Positions 44,381-52,874 of a stretch of 64,000 nucleotides of DNA are shown here, piece after piece. The stretch covers positions 14,495 through 78,494 of the forward strand of contig CAZRGM010000009.1 in assembly GCA_964599635.1 (NCBI GenBank). The letters run 5' to 3'. The notes under the pieces were generated by a model. That model was given only the letters and a program-made list of their open reading frames with translations. It did no database searches and was not told where the DNA came from. Both the position numbers and the translations under genes were made by a program. Each line of letters opens with the position of its first letter. The first letter of the stretch is position 1. Origin of the DNA: an uncultured Eubacteriales bacterium (GTDB lineage Bacteria; Acidobacteriota; Aminicenantia; Aminicenantales; Aminicenantaceae).

Positions 44381-45862
44381 TTATTTCCGATTCAGCACCC
44401 AACACAGCGATACAATCACTGTAAAAAGAACCATATTAGCCGGGATATGAAGATTAAAATCTGTAAAGGAGTGAACGGCGATCACCGCTAAAGACACAAA
44501 ACATCCCATACTCAATCCCTTAATCCAGAGGTCGGCTCTTTTTTTCCAGCGAGAAAAAGACCAAAACACCAAGGAGAGTATCCCCCCTGCGAGAAAACAA
44601 AATCCGATCAACCCCAATTCAGATAAATATTCCAAATAATCATTATGGGCATGCCTTAGAAACCCATATAACCCAATAGATTCATAAGCAGGGTAAACAG
44701 CAGAGAATGTTCCCAATCCTGTCCCAAAAACAGGGAAATCCCGGACCATTTCCATTGTGTTCGCCCAGTACTGAGGCCTCTGGCCTCCGGGAAGCCCCTC
44801 TTTGGCAAATCTCTCCATAGTGGCATCAATACCTGCATAGATAACAAACAGTATGATAAAAATAAACAAAATCTGGAGAAATTTCCTTAATCCGGTTCTG
44901 GATACAGGTCCTTCTCGGAAATAGAACACAGACAAGTGAAAAAATACAAGAATCATCACGATAAGAGAAAGCAAAGCTGAGCGGGAGCGTGATAAAATAA
45001 GACCCACTGTCAAGAAAATCACCAATGCTCCCAGAACCAAATTCAGCGCAAATCTTTTTTCTCCAAAAAGAGCCATCTTTTCTTTAAATATCTTCCCAGC
45101 CTTTAACATCAAATCCATTCTCGAAATGATCAGTCCTATGACCAAGGGAATGATCATCTCCAGATAGCCCGTGAAGTGATTCTGGTTTACAAAAGTCCCG
45201 GTCACCGCATGAAGACTAATCTCTTTTTTATAAAAAAGGATCCGAGGGTTATCCCGATATAACTCGAACATTCCATAAAAAGCCTCAAAAAAACCCATAG
45301 CTAAAATCACATAAAAAATACGTTTGATTTGAGTCCTTTTGACTACATTCTTTATAACCAGAAATCCCAAAATCACGTAAGCCAAAAGTTCCATCCCTTC
45401 CTGAAAGGTTTGAAAAGGAAATAACGAAAGGCTCATAAATTTTTCCCCTTGAACTCCCAGAGAAAATATCTCTCGAAAATGGTAAGTTTCCGGGCTTATT
45501 ATTTTGGCCAGAAATGCAGGAAGAGGGATCATCTGAAAAATCAAATATAAGAAAAAACCACCAAAAAAATATTGAATTCGCTTTCTAACCAACGGCTGTC
45601 CGAGAGGAAGGATAGGCTTGTACTTCATCAACACATAGGCTCCCAGCATCACGAAAACAGCCATTTCTATGACCAGAATGCTCCATTCATAAACAGAAGC
45701 CGCAGCCAGAGGAGAAAAAATGAGTACCCCCAAAATCCCATATTCAATAATTTTGGAACAGACTCGGTCCATTTTTGTGCCTAAAAACCCAACAGCTTTT
45801 TTAGATTTTTTTTCTAGCCGTGGTTTGATCCAGACATTATCTGCTGGCGTGAATCTGATCAT
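44381..45862 (-). CDS. O-antigen ligase/polymerase-like (Wzy_C family) membrane protein
   Basis: 493 aa, polytopic, with SRSRSALLSL and HAHNDYLEYLSELGLIG. Confidence 0.7.
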   Translation of the reverse strand: MIRFTPADNVWIKPRLEKKSKKAVGFLGTKMDRVCSKIIEYGILGVLIFSPLAAASVYEWSILVIEMAVFVMLGAYVLMKYKPILPLGQPLVRKRIQYFFGGFFLYLIFQMIPLPAFLAKIISPETYHFREIFSLGVQGEKFMSLSLFPFQTFQEGMELLAYVILGFLVIKNVVKRTQIKRIFYVILAMGFFEAFYGMFELYRDNPRILFYKKEISLHAVTGTFVNQNHFTGYLEMIIPLVIGLIISRMDLMLKAGKIFKEKMALFGEKRFALNLVLGALVIFLTVGLILSRSRSALLSLIVMILVFFHLSVFYFREGPVSRTGLRKFLQILFIFIILFVIYAGIDATMERFAKEGLPGGQRPQYWANTMEMVRDFPVFGTGLGTFSAVYPAYESIGLYGFLRHAHNDYLEYLSELGLIGFCFLAGGILSLVFWSFSRWKKRADLWIKGLSMGCFVSLAVIAVHSFTDFNLHIPANMVLFTVIVSLCWVLNRK

Positions 45863-46668
45863 TATTTCTTTTTTATAAAGGAAGGAAGTTTGATCTTAAA
45901 TGCTTTTCTTTCTGCCTGAGCCTCCCGAGGTTCGGGGATGAAAGAAATCTCTCTATCTTCAATCACACACAGGGGATTGTCCTCAACCAGAGCTCTAGCC
46001 TTTTCTTCTCCAATGATTTCTTGAACCTTTTTTAGGGCATCAGAAAGTCTTGGAAGAATAACCCAAGTGTTGTGACAATCCGTAGCGAGGAAATGGACAT
46101 AGCCTAATTCAAGAAATCGAAATACAGTTTCCTGAACCTGAGTACCGTAAATTCCATTAAAGCTTCCCTGATTCACCTGACAAAGTGCACCCATTTGAAG
46201 GAGTTCATACATAAAGTTCGGGCTGTGTCTAAATACAGAATTTCTTTCCGGATGAGCAATAATTGGCACAATCCCTTCAGACATAAGCTCAAAAATCAGA
46301 TCTTTGACTCCCGCAAAAACATGATCTGAGGGAAACTCAATAAACATATAGCGGCTTTGATTGAGAACCAAAAATCGGCGGTTCATCCTGATCTCATCCA
46401 TGAGATTATGAGAAACATGGACTTCTGCGCCAGAAAAAATCTCAAGGGGAATATTATTTTCTTTGAGGGCATGCCTGAATTGGCTCTTGGCTTCTTCAAT
46501 CTCATCATAGCCCGCTGCAGAATAACTGCCTCGGAATAGATGAGGTGTGGCAATCATCTTTTCAATTCCATCATCCACAGCCATCCGTGCCATTTCTAAG
46601 GCTGTTTTCATATCTTTGGCTCCGTCATCCACTCCAGGAAGGATATGAGAATGAATATCAATCATCAT
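45862..46668 (-). CDS. CpsB/CapC-type PHP-family protein-tyrosine phosphatase
   Basis: 268 aa with MIDIHSHILPGVDDGA, ATPH and IAHPERN, adjacent to a BY-kinase gene. Confidence 0.8.
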   Translation of the reverse strand: MMIDIHSHILPGVDDGAKDMKTALEMARMAVDDGIEKMIATPHLFRGSYSAAGYDEIEEAKSQFRHALKENNIPLEIFSGAEVHVSHNLMDEIRMNRRFLVLNQSRYMFIEFPSDHVFAGVKDLIFELMSEGIVPIIAHPERNSVFRHSPNFMYELLQMGALCQVNQGSFNGIYGTQVQETVFRFLELGYVHFLATDCHNTWVILPRLSDALKKVQEIIGEEKARALVEDNPLCVIEDREISFIPEPREAQAERKAFKIKLPSFIKKK

Positions 46669-46724
46669 AACTCACGATTCTCCATTTTCTATCTTCCATT
46701 CACAATTCCCCATCCCCTATTCAC
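46669..46724. repeat. Heptamer array (8 units) filling the spacer and covering the upstream gene's stop codon
   Basis: The plus strand reads AACTCAC GATTCTC CATTTTC TATCTTC CATTCAC AATTCCC CATCCCC TATTCAC. Confidence 0.7.
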
Positions 46725-48991
46725 TTCTTCTGCTCGTAATAAGAACCAAGATAACCTTGATGTTCCGCAGAATAATATCCCCTTCCTCTGGTCCTCATTT
46801 CATTATAAACCACTCCTATAATGTCTGCCTTTACTTTTTCAAGAGCCCTGATGCTGTTCACATAGGCCTTCCGAGTGGTTTTCCCCACTTTTATGATGAA
46901 AACAGTCCCATCAGTCAATGATGAGACGATAGCTGAATCCACCACAGCCAAGATAGGAGGAGTGTCTATAAAAACAAAATCAAAACGCTCCTTGACAGCC
47001 TCAATCAATTCCCTCATCCTGGGTGTATCCATCAATTCCACCGGATTAGGAGGATGAGGCCCGCTGGTGATCACGGATATATTCTCAATTTTTGTTTCTT
47101 TCACAGCTTCATCAAGATCAACTTTCCCAGTCAAAAAGCTGCTCAATCCATCTAAGATGCTCAAATCAAACACTCTATGTAGCCTAGGTTTTCTCATGTC
47201 TCCATCAATCAACAGCACCTTCTTATTCAGCTGAGCAAATGAAACTGCCGTATTGACAAGGGTTGCTGTTTTTCCTTCCTGCGGAAAAGCACTGGTAAAA
47301 GAGATAGCTTTAGGGACATTCCCCACACGGGAAAAAAGAATAGAAGTCCTGAGGGTTCGATAACTTTCTGAAACAGATAACCGGGGATATTTATGATTGA
47401 CCATTTCAAACTGCTTGATATCTAAGCTTTGTTTTGGCTCATCAGTCCCATAGGAATACGAGGCATAGGCACTTCCTTTCCTCACCCCATCCTTTGAAAC
47501 AAAAGGAATCACTCCTAGGGACGGAAGTTCAATAAGTTTCTCAGCTTCCTCAGGTTCTTTGATGGTGTTATCCACATATTCCGCCAGAAATGCCAATCCC
47601 ACTCCCATAAAGAGCCCCAAAAGGATCGCCAGCATTAATGAACGGCTTTTATTAGGATAATAGGGAGCTGAAGGAACAAGAGCACTGTCAATGATTTTGA
47701 TATTGGAGGATTTAAGCCCTTTTAAACGGGCAGAAACAAGAGTCTCATTCTGTCTTGCAAGAAGAGAGTTCAACAGGTTTCGTTTGTTTTCTATTTCAAT
47801 TTTTAAGCTGTTATAAAGAATGGCATTATTATTCATCTCCATGACATCTTTTCTCTGTTCATTCAAAAGTCCACTCAGCTTACTTTCTTCTTTTAAAGCA
47901 GCTTTGTAATCAGACTCAGCGGCTTCAACCGCTTTTTGGATCTCTTCTTTAAGCTGGTTTCTCATTGAATCAATTTTGGCGCCCAGACTGATCATTTCGG
48001 GATAGCTGGGCTTAAACGTTTTTAATTTTTCCTGATAAGTATTCACCATTTGGTTGTATTCAGTCTTTAGATTCTGAATGACAGGATTGTTGATGTATTG
48101 AGGCATAGAATCAACTTCCAGACCACTGAGTTCTAAATAAGCCGATTCCGCCCGGATCCTCTCTATCTGAGCTTGAGTTAACGCGGTATTCAAATCCCCA
48201 AATTTCGAAACCACCGAGCTCTCTTTATCACTTAAATAAAGAAGTTCTTTCTCTTCTCCATAACGCTGAATTTCTCTTTCTTTCGCGGAAAGTTCAGTCC
48301 TTAACTGGGCTATTTGCTCGTTTAAAAACTCAGAAGCCTGCTGTGTGGCTTCATAGCGCATTTCTATGGAATAATTGAGAAACTCCTCCACCACCGTATT
48401 GACCACATCGGCTGCCAGCTGTGGATGTGGAGAGCTGTAGCTGACCCCAACCAGTCGAGTCTCTTCAATCGGTTGGACAGAAAGTCCCCCCAATACGGCA
48501 AAAGCATAAGCTTCATTTGGATTCCGCTCAAAGACTGACTCAGAATCAGTTTCCTCTTCAGAAGGTTTTTTCCTAAAAATCCATCTCAAAGTGATAAATT
48601 CCTTAAAAGTCTGAATGACATTGACTTTGGTTCCCTGAGAAGCATGTAGCTCTGGCCGGTCAGATAGATTCATTTTTCTGGAAACTCTCTCCGCCAGAGA
48701 ACGGCTGGATAAAAGCCTTAACTGAGTGTTAAAATAGGCTCCGGTAAAATCATATTGATAATAAGGAGCTGCAGCAAAAGTATCATTAATATTGAGCATA
48801 TTGGAGCTGGGATTCTCAATAATAATGGTTGCGGTCGCCTTATATAAAGGTACCCGAGTGAACAGATGAACCGCTGTGATAATCAATATAACAACCACAG
48901 CTGACACAATAATCCATTTTCTTTTAAGCGCAGTCCGCCAGATGTCGAGAAGGTCTATCTCTTTTTTACTTTGTTTATTTAAATTTTCCAT
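46721..48991 (-). CDS. Polysaccharide co-polymerase (Wzz/GNVR) fused to a BY-type tyrosine autokinase
   Basis: 756 aa. The N-terminal TM and chain-length-determinant region is followed by a long coiled coil and a second TM. Walker A is SAFPQEGKTAT, Walker A' LLIDGDMRKP and Walker B FVFIDTPP. The C-terminal Tyr cluster is RGYYSAEHQGYLGSYYEQ. Confidence 0.85.
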   Translation of the reverse strand: MENLNKQSKKEIDLLDIWRTALKRKWIIVSAVVVILIITAVHLFTRVPLYKATATIIIENPSSNMLNINDTFAAAPYYQYDFTGAYFNTQLRLLSSRSLAERVSRKMNLSDRPELHASQGTKVNVIQTFKEFITLRWIFRKKPSEEETDSESVFERNPNEAYAFAVLGGLSVQPIEETRLVGVSYSSPHPQLAADVVNTVVEEFLNYSIEMRYEATQQASEFLNEQIAQLRTELSAKEREIQRYGEEKELLYLSDKESSVVSKFGDLNTALTQAQIERIRAESAYLELSGLEVDSMPQYINNPVIQNLKTEYNQMVNTYQEKLKTFKPSYPEMISLGAKIDSMRNQLKEEIQKAVEAAESDYKAALKEESKLSGLLNEQRKDVMEMNNNAILYNSLKIEIENKRNLLNSLLARQNETLVSARLKGLKSSNIKIIDSALVPSAPYYPNKSRSLMLAILLGLFMGVGLAFLAEYVDNTIKEPEEAEKLIELPSLGVIPFVSKDGVRKGSAYASYSYGTDEPKQSLDIKQFEMVNHKYPRLSVSESYRTLRTSILFSRVGNVPKAISFTSAFPQEGKTATLVNTAVSFAQLNKKVLLIDGDMRKPRLHRVFDLSILDGLSSFLTGKVDLDEAVKETKIENISVITSGPHPPNPVELMDTPRMRELIEAVKERFDFVFIDTPPILAVVDSAIVSSLTDGTVFIIKVGKTTRKAYVNSIRALEKVKADIIGVVYNEMRTRGRGYYSAEHQGYLGSYYEQKK

Positions 48992-49014
48992 TTTTTTTAC
49001 TCTTTTTTTAATTT

Positions 49015-49086
49015 AATTCAACCACTCACAACTCACCGCTTTTTACGTCTCGCCTCAAACTTTTCTCGCTCTTTTTATTCGCAGTT
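49015..49086. repeat. Intergenic low-complexity repeat (CACTCAC AACTCAC ... TTTTCTCGCTCTTTTTATTC)
   Basis: It shares CGTCTCGCC...TTTTCTCGCTCTTT with 37066-37090 and the 52700-52900 region. Confidence 0.55.
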
Positions 49087-49090
49087 TTTA

Positions 49091-49933
49091 TTAAAATAGA
49101 GTTTCCGGTACAAACACAATATCATTCTCTTTTAACGGGATATCCTCAACCTTTCCTTTGATGATTGCCTTTACATTCACTTTAATCTCTTCCTCTTTTC
49201 CCTCTTCGCTCTTCCGTTTTATGACAACTCTTCTTTTCGCAGCCCTCTCCGAAAAACCTCCTGCCTGCGCAATAGCCTGCACCAGAGAAGGGATATTTGA
49301 TTTCTTCACCTCTAAGGCCCCAGGGTTCCCGACCTGTCCGAATACATAGACGTGAACGATCATATCAATAGGAATATTCACAATATCCCCAGGTTCTAAA
49401 GGAATGTTCAAACTGGAATCCCCTTTCAAGATCAAATCATCAATGGATATGTTTATAGATCTGCTTGTCCCATCTTTATTCTCGCGAACCACTATAATCT
49501 CATCTCCAGCTTGTTCGGTCATTCCTCCTGCCTGGGCAATCATGTGGAGCAAAGTCTGGCGACCCAAAACCTCATACCTCCCTGGTCGAGATACAGATCC
49601 TAAGATAGAAACCCTTTTGCTCTGATATTCTCTGATGAAAATAGTGATCTGGGGATTCTGGAGATACTTCTCTTCCAAAAGCCGCGTCAACTTCTGTTCG
49701 AGTTCAGATTTGGTAAGATCCTGAACTTCCATTTCTCCAAGTAAAGGGAGGGTGATATTTCCATCCTCTGAAACTCTGACAGTCTTATTCATCTCATCCA
49801 AACCAAAAACATTAATCTCCAGAAGGTCCTGAGGTCCTATTTTGTATTCAAGAGACTGCTTTTTCTGAGAAGAGAGAAATGAGGCAAAAATAAAGACACA
49901 CAAAAGAACATAAACGATTATTATTTTTTTCAT
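49091..49933 (-). CDS. Polysaccharide export protein (Wza-like: Poly_export plus SLBB domains)
   Basis: YKIGPQDLLEINVFG and GNITLPLLGEMEVQDLTKSELEQKL, with two soluble-ligand-binding beta-grasp repeats. The start is likely MKKIIIVYVLL at 49933; the tracked start 49972 lies inside repeat copy C. Confidence 0.8.
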   Translation of the reverse strand: MKKIIIVYVLLCVFIFASFLSSQKKQSLEYKIGPQDLLEINVFGLDEMNKTVRVSEDGNITLPLLGEMEVQDLTKSELEQKLTRLLEEKYLQNPQITIFIREYQSKRVSILGSVSRPGRYEVLGRQTLLHMIAQAGGMTEQAGDEIIVVRENKDGTSRSINISIDDLILKGDSSLNIPLEPGDIVNIPIDMIVHVYVFGQVGNPGALEVKKSNIPSLVQAIAQAGGFSERAAKRRVVIKRKSEEGKEEEIKVNVKAIIKGKVEDIPLKENDIVFVPETLF

Positions 49934-49956
49934 CCCGCTATCCTTATATCTAATCA

Positions 49957-50152
49957 AACCTGACCTATTCATAAAAAAATGGCGATTTTTTCATTAATAA
50001 TTTATTTTCAGCGATGTACAAGATTTTTTCAAAAACAATGACTTGAATATTTTTCCTATTTGTATTCTTATTTTAATCGCCATTTTTTTACCTCTCAGGC
50101 GAGCCGATCTCACGGCATCTGCCGCAACCTCGACTCGTTCATCATCCAGGTC
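49957..50152 (+). repeat. Family-2 foldback element, copy C (~196 nt), lacking the 60-nt module
   Basis: Collinear with A and B, but CGGCATCTGC is joined directly to CGCAACCTCGACTCG. Confidence 0.7.
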
Positions 50153-50267
50153 AAATTTCATGTCTATACAACTTCTCTTATTTTTTCATTATCCCCGATT
50201 ATATTAATGATTTATTATAATACATTAGAGAAATTAAAGAAACCTATCTCTTCCCCCTTTACTGGTT

Positions 50268-51437
50268 TTATAATTTGATGAGTGCTTTTAATGTCGGAAC
50301 CGGAGCTTTTTTGGCCAGCTCTAAAATCAAATCAACCTGCCAATCGAATTTTCCTTTTTCTCTAATCAGCGGGAAAACTCCATTGGCCTTGGCTAATTGA
50401 AAAAGTTTCTCGAGCTCTTTATCCTTCAACCGACCGCAGGCTTTCCGTGTATAATATCCTACGAGAAGTTCTCTCTTTATCTCATTTTTCCACTCTCTCT
50501 CATATTCTGAAAGGTCAGAAGACATCAATAAATCTGCAGGCAATTTTTTCAAAATTGTTTTGACTGCAATTTGAGAACAAAGAAGCCCATAATAAAGCCC
50601 TCCCCCAGTGGTGGTTTTAACCTGGGCTGCCGACTCTCCCACACAAAGCACCCGATCAGAATAGGTTTTTGAAACAGGTCCCTGGGCAATGATCTTACTC
50701 CTATATCTGGGTTTATGTTTGGCATTGGCTTTGTCTGGATACAATCGGGAAACAAGCTTTTTCAAATAAAAGCAGGCCTCTTTTTCAGTGATAAGTCCCA
50801 CCCGCACCAGCCTGTCATTGGTCGGAATCCCCCAGGCAAAAGCTCCTGGAGCCACTTCATTTCCCACAATCATAAAAGGGACTTCGTGTTCCCTGGCCTC
50901 AAGTTCCACTTGAGCCCCATTAATAAATTTTCTGGGGACGCCCAATCCTAATTTTTTATGAAGGCGGTACTCAACACCCGTAGCTAAAACAGCTATTTTG
51001 GCCTTATGCCTCTGTTTTTTGTTGTTTCTCGAAAATGAGGCCACCTCGACACCATCACTTTTTATTAGAACATCCTCTACTTTCACTCCCGTTAGAATTT
51101 CTGCTCCCCGGGATAAAGCCCTATGAGCCAAATTCAGGTCAAATTTTTTTCTGTCCACCACATAGGCAAACACTTCTCCATGGTCATAATGCAGGGCAGT
51201 TCCATAAGGAGAAATCATATTCATGCCTCTCAGTTCAGACAAAATAGAGTCTCTCTGAAGTCCAAATCTTTGAAAGGCTTCTTTTCCTAAAATTCCGGTG
51301 CATAAGATCTCTTCACCCACCGCTTTCTTCTTTTCAAAAACTTTAACATCCAGACCAGCTTCAGCTAAAAGTCCTGCCGTGTAGAGACCACTGGGGCCTC
51401 CTCCAATCACAATGATATCGTTCATTTGTTGAGCCAT
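50268..51437 (-). CDS. FAD-dependent oxidoreductase of the geranylgeranyl reductase family
   Basis: 389 aa with DIIVIGGGPSGLYTAGLLAEAGLDVKVFEKK (Rossmann FAD site) and VLCVGESAAQVKTTTGGG. Confidence 0.7.
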   Translation of the reverse strand: MAQQMNDIIVIGGGPSGLYTAGLLAEAGLDVKVFEKKKAVGEEILCTGILGKEAFQRFGLQRDSILSELRGMNMISPYGTALHYDHGEVFAYVVDRKKFDLNLAHRALSRGAEILTGVKVEDVLIKSDGVEVASFSRNNKKQRHKAKIAVLATGVEYRLHKKLGLGVPRKFINGAQVELEAREHEVPFMIVGNEVAPGAFAWGIPTNDRLVRVGLITEKEACFYLKKLVSRLYPDKANAKHKPRYRSKIIAQGPVSKTYSDRVLCVGESAAQVKTTTGGGLYYGLLCSQIAVKTILKKLPADLLMSSDLSEYEREWKNEIKRELLVGYYTRKACGRLKDKELEKLFQLAKANGVFPLIREKGKFDWQVDLILELAKKAPVPTLKALIKL

Positions 51438-51462
51438 TTTTTTTATGAATAGATCAGGTTAA
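51438..51462 (-). repeat. Solo 25-mer of the family-2 terminus abutting the start codon
   Basis: The minus strand reads TTAACCTGATCTATTCATAAAAAAA, immediately followed by ATG 51437. No SD is visible. Confidence 0.7.
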
Positions 51463-51514
51463 TTTTGCTGGAATTATACAAAAAAAATAATAAAATTCAA
51501 ACCTAAAAAAAGTC

Positions 51515-52753
51515 CTATTTTTCGTCTGCCTCCCATTTTCCCCTGAATGAAATCCAGAAAGAACGGAATATCAATTGAAGATCAAACCAGAAACTCTGCT
51601 TTTTAATATAAAAAACATCATACAGAAATTTTTCTGTTCTCGGTGCATCCGCAGGAAGAAAAACCTGGGCTAATCCAGTGAGCCCCGGTCTAACTTTTTG
51701 CCGTTCTTTATAACCAGGAATATCTTTCATCGACACGGCTTTCCGCTTCTCACCATTTTCCCTTTTCCTTGGTTCATTCGGCCTTTTCCATTTTCCATTT
51801 TCCATTTTCCGTCTTCCATTCACAATTCCCCATTCACCATTGACAATTTCCCGACTTTCAACTTCCTCTGGCCTTAATGCCCGAGGGCCCACAAAACTCA
51901 TGTCTCCTCTGAAGATATTCACAAGCTGGGGCAGCTCATCCATGGCCGTGGCTCTGAGCAGACGCCCTATGGGAGTCACTCTGGGATCATTCTTTCCAGC
52001 CTGCACAGGAGTGCCGTCTATTTCAGCATCTTTGATCATGGAGCGGAATTTGCAGGCTTTAAAGAGACGACCCCCTTTCCCTTCTCTTTCCTGAGTATAA
52101 AAAATGGAACCCTTATCTTCAAGCCAAATCAGCAAACCAAAGACAATCCAGAGAGGAGATGATAGGATGACCCCAAATCCAGAAACCAAAATATCAAAGG
52201 GCCTTTTTAAAAATAAACACCTCTTATCCATCAGCCATCCACTATTCCCCATCCTGTATAGGGACATCCCATAGATCACCGCCAGTACCAACGCTATCCC
52301 TATCGCATCCATCAAAATATCCATCATTGAAGAACTGCGGGACTTTAGGAAATACTGTAATGTCTCGTCCACGCACCCATAACCTATGGCAATCAAGGCC
52401 GTGTAGCCAGCCCAGGAATTTTTCCAAAGCTGCTTCTCATCTCCTCTAAAAAAACGGTAAATGAGAAAGGCCATGAGAGCATAAGCCGCCACATGAAGAA
52501 ATCGGCGCAAATAGATATAATAAAGACTTATCTTGTACCAGCTTATATCCTCTGCCAGCCACTTCCAGAATTTAATATTCAATCGGTACAAAAAAGGGCT
52601 GGCCAAAAAGCGGTTCCATAGAGGAAAAAGAAAAATCATCCATAAAACAGGCGGCAGCCAATATCTCAATCTTCTTATCTTACCTTTTACCAATTCTCCA
52701 ATCTCCGCTTTTCCCGTCTCGCTTTTCTTATTTCTCGCCTGTCTCACTTTCAA
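51515..52753 (-). CDS. Priming sugar-phosphate transferase (Bac_transf family) fused to an N-terminal VanZ-like domain, with a repeat-derived insertion
   Basis: Bac_transf blocks are KRPFDILVS, LFKACKFRSM, DPRVTPIGRLLRATAMDELPQL, GDMSFVGPRA and VRPGLTGLAQV. An extra ~44 aa lies between GPRA and RPGLTG. The first ~25 codons are encoded by intergenic-type repeats, so the true start is uncertain. Confidence 0.75.
   Translation of the reverse strand: MKVRQARNKKSETGKAEIGELVKGKIRRLRYWLPPVLWMIFLFPLWNRFLASPFLYRLNIKFWKWLAEDISWYKISLYYIYLRRFLHVAAYALMAFLIYRFFRGDEKQLWKNSWAGYTALIAIGYGCVDETLQYFLKSRSSSMMDILMDAIGIALVLAVIYGMSLYRMGNSGWLMDKRCLFLKRPFDILVSGFGVILSSPLWIVFGLLIWLEDKGSIFYTQEREGKGGRLFKACKFRSMIKDAEIDGTPVQAGKNDPRVTPIGRLLRATAMDELPQLVNIFRGDMSFVGPRALRPEEVESREIVNGEWGIVNGRRKMENGKWKRPNEPRKRENGEKRKAVSMKDIPGYKERQKVRPGLTGLAQVFLPADAPRTEKFLYDVFYIKKQSFWFDLQLIFRSFWISFRGKWEADEK
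51731..51862. repeat. Heptamer/low-complexity repeat inserted in frame inside the sugar transferase gene
   Basis: The plus strand reads ...TTCTCACCATTTTCCCTTTTCC...CCATTTTCCATTTTCCATTTTCCGTCTTCCATTCACAATTCCCCATTCACCATTGACAATTTCC. It encodes VESREIVNGEWGIVNGRRKMENGKWKRPNEPRKRENGEKRKAVS. Confidence 0.7.
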
Positions 52754-52874
52754 CTTTTCTCGCTCTTTTTATGACTCACCATTCACCACTCACAATTCCC
52801 CATTCACTGTTTTTTCCCAACGCAATTAACGCAACAAACGCTATAAACGCAAATCTTTCTCGCCTTTCTCGCTT
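52754..52874. repeat. Composite repeat spacer: heptamers plus a 4 x 9-nt tandem repeat
   Basis: TTTTCTCGCTCTTTTTATGACTCACCATTCACCACTCACAATTCCCCATTCAC, then AACGCAATT AACGCAACA AACGCTATA AACGCAAAT (52819-52854), then TTTCTCGCCTTTCTCGCTTTCAAC. Confidence 0.7.
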
